Shown here: in pieces, positions 35,134 to 42,696 of the stretch | How positions within the stretch are numbered: position 1 is the stretch's first letter | Layout of the letters: each line of letters opens with the position of its first letter | Assembly (NCBI GenBank): GCA_023380585.1 | Contig: JAMCRN010000004.1 | Span: 1 to 45,347 of the forward strand | Length of the DNA stretch: 45,347 bases | Source of the DNA: Candidatus Parvarchaeota archaeon | Lineage (GTDB): Archaea > Nanobdellota > Nanobdellia > Parvarchaeales > Parvarchaeaceae | Direction of reading: 5' to 3' | The notes under the pieces: generated by a model | Seen by the model: the letters and a program-made list of their open reading frames with translations, nothing else | Database searches by the model: none | What the model was told of the DNA's origin: nothing | Made by a program: the position numbers and the translations under genes

Positions 35134-35217
35134 TCAATCGCTGCAGCAGCCGCAGTTGCATCCACACTCGCAGCCGTCTTCCTTTTTAGACTTCTCCTCT
35201 GATTTCTTTTCTGCCAT
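35134..35217 (-). CDS. 27-aa cysteine-rich micro-protein (metallothionein-like?)
   Basis: It is not in the ORF track because it is too short. The minus strand encodes MAEKKSEEKSKKEDGCECGCNCGCCSD. A TTTATAAT box at 35239-35246 lies exactly 21 nt upstream of the ATG, and an oligo-T tract lies about 50 nt downstream of the stop. Confidence 0.4.
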   Translation of the reverse strand: MAEKKSEEKSKKEDGCECGCNCGCCSD

Positions 35218-35238
35218 TGGATATATATGCTGGCTCAT

Positions 35239-35246
35239 ATTATAAA
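35239..35246 (-). promoter_or_regulatory. TATA box (TTTATAAT), 21 nt upstream of the micro-ORF ATG at 35217
   Basis: The forward strand reads attataaa at 35239-35246. Confidence 0.5.
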
Positions 35247-35340
35247 TATGTTTATACATGCTGTGTAATGCCCAATGAGACGATGCATTTGACAAAGTAT
35301 ATAAGCGGTAGCTTTTAATCTTATGGAATCATAGGCCATT

Positions 35341-35751
35341 ATGGATTATCCCACTGATGAGAAAAGGCAGTATGCGCTCTCCAGGCTGGAAGAAGCCCTT
35401 ATAGAATTCAATAGGATCTCAAATGGGCCTGAAAAAATAAGGGGCAGGCTTGGCGAATTCAAACGCAGGGGATTCCTTTATACGCACCTGGAAGAATATA
35501 TTGTCTTACCTGCAGAGGCCATGAAAACGTACCATTATAATAGTCTAGGCCTTAGGAGACCATATGTTACCGGGGAAGGCGGAGTATTAAACGGATTATA
35601 TGACGAAAAAAACGACGTTATGATAATAATACAGGATTTTTTGGAAAAAGCTGAAAAAGACGATATCATCAAAACGATAAAGAGATTGAACATCCTCCGA
35701 GGTAGACATAAGTCGTATTCGGAAGACGCTCTCAAGCGGAAGCTGCCCTGA
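35341..35751 (+). CDS. Hypothetical 136-aa protein
   Basis: Clean ORF with no recognisable motif. Its 3' end overlaps the 3' end of the convergent pyrG by 20 nt. Confidence 0.5.
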   Translation: MDYPTDEKRQYALSRLEEALIEFNRISNGPEKIRGRLGEFKRRGFLYTHLEEYIVLPAEAMKTYHYNSLGLRRPYVTGEGGVLNGLYDEKNDVMIIIQDFLEKAEKDDIIKTIKRLNILRGRHKSYSEDALKRKLP

Positions 35752-37327
35752 GGAAGGACAAAAACAGAGGGGCCGGCTCTTCTAGCCTGGACTTAAGTTC
35801 TGGGTGGGACTGGACCCCTATCCCGAAACCGCCAGTCCATTCTATCGCTTCTACGAGCTTCCAACTCGGATCTGACGCAGAGAAGACCAACCCTGCTTTT
35901 TCCATTCTCTTCCTGAACTTATTGTTGAACTCATATCTGTGCCTGTGTCTTTCTGAGACCCATCTCCGTTTGTAAGAATCGTATATTATAGAATCTACCC
36001 TGTCGATCCTTGTCTTCCAGGAACCAAGCCGCATTGTGCCGCCTTTTTTATCTATCCCTCTCTGGGAAGGCAGGATGTCTATGACGTTATACTTCGTCCT
36101 TTTGTCGAATTCTGTGGAATTGGCTCCGCGCATTTTACACACGTTTCTGGCGAATTCCACTGCCATCATCTGCATCCCCAGGCACAGGCCGAGATAAGGT
36201 ATACCGTTTTCCCTTGCGTATTTTATTGCGCGTATCATGCCTTCGCTGCCCCTTCTGCCGAAACCGCCTGGTACTACTATGCCATCTGCGCTCTTAAGGT
36301 AATCTTCTTCGTGTCCTTTCTCCAATTTTTCTGATTCGAGCCAGTTTATGACCACCTCCTCGCCAAGATAGCCTGCCGCGTGGAGAAGAGCTTCCTTTAC
36401 GCTCACGTATGCATCCCTAAGCTCTACGTACTTGCCGACTATGAATATATTGAGCGTCTTTCCCCTCTTTGAGCATATAGCTGATGCTCTTCTTCTCCAG
36501 CTATCAAGTTTCCCGTGGTTTATACTCCTCCTGTCGCCAAGCGCTTTCAGCAGTTCCTCTCCAAAACCGTCACGCATGAAACGCTCGGGAAGCGAATAGA
36601 TGTTTGGGTCGTCAGAGTCGTCTATTATCCTGCTTATCGGAGTGCTCGTATAAAGGGCTATCTTCTCCTTGATATTGCTTAGGAGCCTGGATTCGGATCT
36701 ACAGAATATGAAATCCGGCTTTATACCCATCTGCATCAGCAGCCTGAAAGCTATCTGAGTAGGTTTTGTCTTCTGCTCCCCAACGGCAGAGAGCTGCGGC
36801 ACATAGGTTATGTTTACGAAGATCACTTCATGCCTCAAAGCCAGCTGCCTCATCGCCTCTATGAAATAGCCATTTTCCAGGTCGCCGACGGTCCCCCCTA
36901 CTTCTATGACCATGATGTCAAGTTTTCTCCTCCTGGATATGTCTTCTATGTGCTCTATTATGCCGTCGACAAGATGCGGGACTATCTGTACATCGCTCCC
37001 GAGGTAGTCTCCTTTCCTCTCCTTAGAGATTATCTCAGTGAATATCCTGCCGCTTGTCATAGATGACTCTTTCGTAAGGCTCTTGTTCAAAAAGCGCTCA
37101 TAAATACCGAAATCCATGTCCACTTCGCTTTTGTCATCAAGTACGAAGACCTCCCCGTGCCTGTAGGGGTTCATCGTACCGCAGTCATAGTTAAGATAGC
37201 CGTCGAATTTCAGCGGCATGACTCTGTAATCATATAAATCCAGTATCTTGAGGATAGAAGCCGTAAGAACGCCCTTCCCAAGCCCGCTGAGAAGCGATCC
37301 GAGCACTACTATGTATTTCGTATGCAT
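35732..37327 (-). CDS. pyrG: CTP synthase
   Basis: Synthetase-domain N-terminus KYIVVLGSLLSGLGKG. C-terminal glutamine amidotransferase with GLCLGMQ and HRHRYEFN. Length 531 aa. Confidence 0.93.
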   Translation of the reverse strand: MHTKYIVVLGSLLSGLGKGVLTASILKILDLYDYRVMPLKFDGYLNYDCGTMNPYRHGEVFVLDDKSEVDMDFGIYERFLNKSLTKESSMTSGRIFTEIISKERKGDYLGSDVQIVPHLVDGIIEHIEDISRRRKLDIMVIEVGGTVGDLENGYFIEAMRQLALRHEVIFVNITYVPQLSAVGEQKTKPTQIAFRLLMQMGIKPDFIFCRSESRLLSNIKEKIALYTSTPISRIIDDSDDPNIYSLPERFMRDGFGEELLKALGDRRSINHGKLDSWRRRASAICSKRGKTLNIFIVGKYVELRDAYVSVKEALLHAAGYLGEEVVINWLESEKLEKGHEEDYLKSADGIVVPGGFGRRGSEGMIRAIKYARENGIPYLGLCLGMQMMAVEFARNVCKMRGANSTEFDKRTKYNVIDILPSQRGIDKKGGTMRLGSWKTRIDRVDSIIYDSYKRRWVSERHRHRYEFNNKFRKRMEKAGLVFSASDPSWKLVEAIEWTGGFGIGVQSHPELKSRLEEPAPLFLSFLRAASA

Positions 37328-37501
37328 TTCATATCATTCTCCCCATATTTTTAACCTTTTCTAACCTCTCTGGTGGGTTTAAAGAAGACGCAAAAAGAAT
37401 CGAGAAGCGGCCGATGTAGCGATAATATGAAACATAGACCAACAGCTTTCGGTGAGAAGCACTAATAATATAAATAAAGATATGCTTGATATTGCAATAA
37501 C

Positions 37502-39178
37502 ATGAAATACAAATGGACTGTGCTGGCAAACACGACGATGGGCGGGATGATGGCGTCGATAAATGCCACAATAATACTTATATCCCTACCTTCCATATTC
37601 CGCGGCCTTGACGTGAATCCTCTGTCGCCAGGAAATTTTACGCTTCTTCTTTGGGTTATACTTGGGTACATGGTCGTGACAGCGGCATTTTTAGTAAGCT
37701 TCGGGAGGCTTTCTGACGACCGCGGCAGGAAAAAATTCTACACTGTAGGGTTTTCAGTCTTTGCAGCCGCATCTATAGCGCTTTCTTTGGTACCATACGG
37801 TTCCGGAGTCGACGGAGTCCTTTTTATAATAATCTTCAGGCTTATCCAGGGAGTAGGCGGCGGATTCATAATGGTCAACAGCACAGCGCTATTGACCGAC
37901 GCTTTCCCGGATAATGAGCGCGGAAAAGCACTTGGTATAAACCAGGTATCCTTTCTCTCCGGCTCTTTCATCGGACTTGTTATAGGAGGGTTGCTATCGC
38001 CGTTCGATTTCCACCTTATATTTATAGTAAGCGTACCTGTCGCACTGCTAGGCGCACTATGGTCGTTCTTCAAACTAAAGGAGGAGAAGATAAAAAAACG
38101 CGCGGGAGTGGATTACATCGGCAATGCTGCTTTGAGCATCGGTCTGGTGCTGATAGCATTGGGCTTCACTTATACCCTTACCCCGTATGGGGGGCAGCCT
38201 CTAGGATGGAGCAACCCATTCGTCATCGGAAGCCTTTTGGCCGGCGTAGTGATGCTATTAGCCTTCTACAAGATAGAGCGAAAGGCAGAAAATCCTATAT
38301 TCGACCTTGAGCTGCTAAGGAACAGGCAATTTTCATTCAGTTCTCTCGCCTTGTTCTTGAGCGCACTGGCCAGAGGAGCGGTCATGTTCTTAGTGATAAT
38401 CTGGCTGCAGGGCGTCTATCTGCCTCTGCACGGGTTTACGATAGCACAAACGCCTTTCTGGGCCGGCATTTACATGATCCCCTTGATGGTCGGTTTTATA
38501 GCGCTTGGACCTATAAGCGGGATACTGACGGACAGATACGGCGCGAGGGTGTTCAGTACGCTCGGGCTTGTTATCACGGCATTAGGCCTTTTTCTGCTCA
38601 CTCTGCTCCCAGCGAACTTCAATTACGTTGTCTTCGCATTGATATTGTTCATCATCGGCAGCGGCAACGGGCTTTTCGCTGCTCCAAACACGAAGAGGGC
38701 GATGGACGCGCTGCCATGGTGGCAGAGAGGCGTTGGAAACGGGGTAAGGACTACTTTCGCCAACATAGGGCAGATGATAAGCTTGGTAGTGTTCTTTACG
38801 ATAGCTATAACGATATTTTCCGTCTCTCTGCCGCATGTGATAGTGTCTCAAGGTAGCTCTTTGGGCCTGCCGCAAAACTTGACTTCGGACCTTGCCTCCG
38901 TTCCTGCGTCTTCCTTCCTTTTTTCCGCTTTTCTCGGCATAAACCCAGTTACGTCGTTCCTTGCCTCTGCGCCAAAGCAGGTAGTTTCATCCATACCAGT
39001 TAGCTCTTTGAACACGATAACCTCGAGCAGGTTCATACCCGCTCTCATATCAGCTCCTTTTCTAAACGGCCTGGACATAGCCATGTATATAGGAATAGCC
39101 ATATCTCTCATAGGAGCGGCGCTCTCTGCCATGACCAGGCATAGGACGAACAAAGACGCGCAGAAATACCAGAGATGA
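37502..39178 (+). CDS. MFS transporter, DHA2 (EmrB/QacA-like, 14-TM) drug/H+ antiporter family
   Basis: Its 558-aa length accommodates about 14 helices. Motif A is FGRLSDDRGRKKFY, and a motif-C-like glycine-rich helix is IQGVGGGFIM. Confidence 0.82.
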   Translation: MKYKWTVLANTTMGGMMASINATIILISLPSIFRGLDVNPLSPGNFTLLLWVILGYMVVTAAFLVSFGRLSDDRGRKKFYTVGFSVFAAASIALSLVPYGSGVDGVLFIIIFRLIQGVGGGFIMVNSTALLTDAFPDNERGKALGINQVSFLSGSFIGLVIGGLLSPFDFHLIFIVSVPVALLGALWSFFKLKEEKIKKRAGVDYIGNAALSIGLVLIALGFTYTLTPYGGQPLGWSNPFVIGSLLAGVVMLLAFYKIERKAENPIFDLELLRNRQFSFSSLALFLSALARGAVMFLVIIWLQGVYLPLHGFTIAQTPFWAGIYMIPLMVGFIALGPISGILTDRYGARVFSTLGLVITALGLFLLTLLPANFNYVVFALILFIIGSGNGLFAAPNTKRAMDALPWWQRGVGNGVRTTFANIGQMISLVVFFTIAITIFSVSLPHVIVSQGSSLGLPQNLTSDLASVPASSFLFSAFLGINPVTSFLASAPKQVVSSIPVSSLNTITSSRFIPALISAPFLNGLDIAMYIGIAISLIGAALSAMTRHRTNKDAQKYQR

Positions 39179-39183
39179 TGCGA

Positions 39184-41580
39184 TCAGAGGAACCTGAATT
39201 CAGCGAGCCTGGAATAGGCTGCCTGTTTTACCTTGTCCAGAAGAAGCGTCATTAGAAACACGAACAAGAAAACTATCGAGATGTCCAGGACGCTTATTCT
39301 GACCATCAATACGCCTAAAAGGGCGATGGCGACGGCTATGGCAATTGACAGCACTAACTGCATAGATAGAGCGCGGCTCGGAGCTGAAGCGAACATAGAC
39401 TTCCTGGCTCTTATAGACATCAGAGTAAGTTCTGTAGATACTGCGAAGACTATGAACAGAAAGGTCTGGAATTGGACTTGCGAGAGATGCAGATACAGGA
39501 CGGCTATGACGGATAAGATAGATGTCTCAGCTACCGTGAACGAGCCAAATAGAAGAGACGCTGACATTATAGCTTTTATGTACCATGTATCCGGCCTGCT
39601 TGAGTAACTCTCATGATCAGTAGCTAGTGCTATGCTACCGATATCGTATAGGAAGATCATAAGTATAAGCTGCAGCGGTCTTATTGGAAGGAAACGCAGG
39701 ATCAAGAAGGCCACGGACAGGAAAAACGCTATCTGGAAGATCCTTGATATCTTATTTATTGTATATGTTATCATCCTTTCGAAAATAGACCTGCTTTCTG
39801 TTATTGCCTTCACTATCGGTTCTACGCCAGCGGATGTCAGTATTATGCTTGCCGCGCTTTTTGCTACGTCCGTAGCGCTGGAAACGGCTATCCCGACCTC
39901 GGCCTGCTTAAGCGCCGGCGCATCGTTTACCCCGTCTCCCGTCATCCCGACATGAAAACCAGAATCCTGTAGCGCCTTTACTATCATATATTTGTCTTTA
40001 GGATATATGCCTGCCAGGCCGTCGCTTTCCATTATCATCTTAGCTATCTGTTTTCTGTCTTTCCCGTGGATCGACTGGACATCGAGGATATTATCGCCCA
40101 TGCCGATTTCTTTGGCTATCTCCTTAGCGATAGTCGCATTGTCTCCGGTCAGCATCTTTACCTTCAGGCCCAGGTTTTTTAGTTCCTTTATGAGCCTGCT
40201 GCTGTCATCCCTCGGCCTGTCATTCAGTGCTATCAACCCGACGAATCTCCATCTCTCTTCTTTCTTTTTCTTAAATGCCACGGCTATCGTCCTATATCCT
40301 TTTTTTGAGAAATCATCTATCTTTTTATGCAGCGTCGAAATATCTTTTTTTGTCAATTCGCATTCTTGTATTATTTTTTCTGGAAAGCCCTTCATAGAAT
40401 ATATGACATTGCCGCCGATCTTTACCGCGGCTTTTGACAGTTTGGTAGCGGGATCGAACGGGGTAAAATCTATGATGCTAAATGGGCTTTTGCCGGGCCT
40501 GTAACGTTTAAAATACTCTAAGACTGCAATGTCTATCTGGTCTTCGTCTTCGAGGCGAGAGGCGGCTGAACCGTAAAGAGCCACGTCCTCTTTTGAGAAA
40601 TTCCTAGATGGGAATACGTCGACCACAGACAGTTTGTTCTTGGTTATAGTCCCTGTCTTGTCAAGGCATATAACATTCATCGTTGACGCCTCCTCTATAG
40701 CGTCAAGCCTTGTGACTAATATGCCCTTTGAAGACAGCCTCTCAGTCCCGTACGCCATTGATACGGTAAAAGCGGCAGGTAGGGCGACCGGCACTGAGGC
40801 TAATAGCACAAGAAGAGAAAAAGGGACTACAGAAAAGATGTTTATCCCCGAGAAATAAGAATAAAACAGAACTACAGCTATAAGGACCACGTCTACCACT
40901 ATAAGATACTTTATGATCTCGAGTATATCATGCTCCAGATGAGTCCTGCTCTTGGCCACTTTTACCAGCTCTGCTGTCTTGCCAAAAGATGTCCTGGAGC
41001 CGGTTTCTGTGACGAATGCCGTGGCCTCCCCGCTGCGCACTACGGATGAGGAAAAAAGAGTTTCTCCCTTTTTTTTATCGACCGGAAGAGATTCACCGGT
41101 AAGCATAGATTGGTCAACTGAAAGAGAATCCGCTTCTATTATGATTGCATCTGCTGGCACGATGCTACCCAGCCTTAGCCTTATCAGATCGCCTGGGACC
41201 AGCATCTTGGCCTGTATCTTACGCCATTCTCCGTCACGCTTTACATTGACCATCACTTCCAGCTTCTTTTCGAGCAGCTCCAGCGTATTGTCCGCCTTAT
41301 ATTCCTCTATAAATCCGACGATAGAATTAAAGACCAAAAGGCCGATTACTATATAGCCGTCTATTTCTCTGCCCAGCAAGAAAGATATGACTATTATAGC
41401 TAGAAGCATGAACGGTATCGGCCCAACGAACCTCTTAAGGAACCTAAATACTGGCCTCTGTTTCTTCTTAGCTATCTGATTCAAGCCGTATTTAGCTATC
41501 CTGGCAGACGCTTCGCTTGAAGACAAGCCACTAGGGTCGTATTTAATGTCGCTGCCTTGTATCTTCCCATGCGACGCCAT
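39184..41580 (-). CDS. P-type ATPase, type IIIA (plasma-membrane H+-ATPase-like)
   Basis: TGES, the phosphorylation motif CLDKTGTITKN, MLTGDN, and MTGDGVNDAPALKQAEVGIAV. The overall length and N-terminus (SSEASARIAKYGLNQI) resemble H+-ATPases. The ATG at 41580 lies 21 nt from a TTTATAAA box, and the 42-aa upstream extension in the track is rejected. Confidence 0.88.
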   Translation of the reverse strand: MASHGKIQGSDIKYDPSGLSSSEASARIAKYGLNQIAKKKQRPVFRFLKRFVGPIPFMLLAIIVISFLLGREIDGYIVIGLLVFNSIVGFIEEYKADNTLELLEKKLEVMVNVKRDGEWRKIQAKMLVPGDLIRLRLGSIVPADAIIIEADSLSVDQSMLTGESLPVDKKKGETLFSSSVVRSGEATAFVTETGSRTSFGKTAELVKVAKSRTHLEHDILEIIKYLIVVDVVLIAVVLFYSYFSGINIFSVVPFSLLVLLASVPVALPAAFTVSMAYGTERLSSKGILVTRLDAIEEASTMNVICLDKTGTITKNKLSVVDVFPSRNFSKEDVALYGSAASRLEDEDQIDIAVLEYFKRYRPGKSPFSIIDFTPFDPATKLSKAAVKIGGNVIYSMKGFPEKIIQECELTKKDISTLHKKIDDFSKKGYRTIAVAFKKKKEERWRFVGLIALNDRPRDDSSRLIKELKNLGLKVKMLTGDNATIAKEIAKEIGMGDNILDVQSIHGKDRKQIAKMIMESDGLAGIYPKDKYMIVKALQDSGFHVGMTGDGVNDAPALKQAEVGIAVSSATDVAKSAASIILTSAGVEPIVKAITESRSIFERMITYTINKISRIFQIAFFLSVAFLILRFLPIRPLQLILMIFLYDIGSIALATDHESYSSRPDTWYIKAIMSASLLFGSFTVAETSILSVIAVLYLHLSQVQFQTFLFIVFAVSTELTLMSIRARKSMFASAPSRALSMQLVLSIAIAVAIALLGVLMVRISVLDISIVFLFVFLMTLLLDKVKQAAYSRLAEFRFL

Positions 41581-41601
41581 TATAAGAAGAAGCTGGCTTT
41601 G

Positions 41602-41609
41602 TTTATAAA
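41602..41609 (-). promoter_or_regulatory. TATA box (TTTATAAA), 21 nt upstream of ATG 41580
   Basis: Palindromic tttataaa at 41602-41609. Confidence 0.55.
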
Positions 41610-41748
41610 TTGTGGGTATGAAAACCAGTTCTCTGGTATTATATGATTGAAAACGGGCAACTTGCGGAGAAAAATATAAATAAAATGAAATAAATACAAT
41701 AATCATACCTTTGGAAGTGAACGTAAGAATAAGGTATACAGAGATTAC

Positions 41749-42054
41749 ATGAAAGAGATAAAAAACATTAAAGAGCTGAGGGGCGGAGAGGGGCTTGTCC
41801 TGTTCTACGCGACCTGGTGCCCTTTCTGCCAGAGATTCATGCCGATTTTTCTGAAGAAGGCCGGAGGCTCCTCTTTTTCTATGAGATTGGATGATGAAGA
41901 CTCACCGGATTGGGACAGGTTTAAAATAGAGACTATACCGACCGTGGTCCTGTTCAAAAACGGGGCCGAAATAAAAAGGCTGGAAGCTAAAAGAGGAATA
42001 GGTATAAATGAGGAAGACTTCAAGGTATTCCTGGACAAACACGCAGGACATTAA
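41749..42054 (+). CDS. Thioredoxin-fold protein
   Basis: 101 aa with the active-site motif WCPFC in the context LVLFYATWCPFCQRF, plus a cis-Pro region IPTVVLFKNG. Confidence 0.8.
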   Translation: MKEIKNIKELRGGEGLVLFYATWCPFCQRFMPIFLKKAGGSSFSMRLDDEDSPDWDRFKIETIPTVVLFKNGAEIKRLEAKRGIGINEEDFKVFLDKHAGH

Positions 42055-42092
42055 TTCCTGTTTATCGTTATTTAATTACAAATAATTCGTAG

Positions 42093-42647
42093 TTATAATG
42101 GTATACCAAGCCGCCCTGCTTTTATCCTGAGCTGCCTTATGTCTTCTTTTAATTTCTTCTCTGTCTTCTTTCTGTCCTTCACTACCCTCTCTTCCTGCAG
42201 CATCTTCTCTAGCTTTAGTGCTTCTTTCTGCTTTAAAGCGTACTCCCTCTTGAGCCTGTTCCTTATGGCTCTTATTTTCCTTACAAGCGAATCGGATATA
42301 AGCTTGGAATCTGCACGCTCAACAAATACATGCAGTTCATTATCTTTTACGGCCCTGAATCCAGATAAAACCTCCTTCCCATAATACTCGAGCACCGTCT
42401 TTGGCTTAGTCGATATCTTAAATACTCCATCTACATAATCCCCTATGCCTAGTTTCCAGGATATCTCGTTTATCTCTTGGCAAAGGTTTAGAATCTCCTT
42501 AACGTATTTTTCCACGCGTTCTATCTTTTCCTGAAGCGATGCTTTTTCCTCCTCCAATCTTTTTATTGATAGGAGACTTTCTTTTATATCCAAAGCTTCT
42601 GAGGGCCTTATTTTAGTCCTCTTGCTTTCTTTATTGTGTGCTTTCAT
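42093..42647 (-). CDS. Coiled-coil protein, function unknown
   Basis: Lys/Glu-rich helical N- and C-terminal thirds flank a small globular centre. It has no TM and lies directly downstream of the giant surface-protein gene. Confidence 0.55.
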   Translation of the reverse strand: MKAHNKESKRTKIRPSEALDIKESLLSIKRLEEEKASLQEKIERVEKYVKEILNLCQEINEISWKLGIGDYVDGVFKISTKPKTVLEYYGKEVLSGFRAVKDNELHVFVERADSKLISDSLVRKIRAIRNRLKREYALKQKEALKLEKMLQEERVVKDRKKTEKKLKEDIRQLRIKAGRLGIPL

Positions 42648-42696
42648 TAATAAGGAATACGGCCCGGTGTATTTATAATTTTGCGCGGCTTTGTAT

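Noticed and set aside
35101-35202. A plus-strand 33-aa hydrophobic micro-ORF (MCLAGLLMQGCSIAAAAAVASTLAAVFLFRLLL) antisense to the Cys-rich micro-ORF.
   Set aside because: It has no TATA box or SD in front; it starts 12 nt after the SWIM stop. The minus-strand frame has the canonical promoter spacing. This ORF cannot be fully excluded and remains the alternative reading of the locus.
41581-41706. A 42-aa N-terminal extension of the P-type ATPase (track start 41706).
   Set aside because: The TTTATAAA box at 41602-41609 lies inside the extension and exactly 21 nt from the ATG at 41580. The extension sequence (MIIVFISFYLYF..) looks like translated AT-rich promoter DNA.
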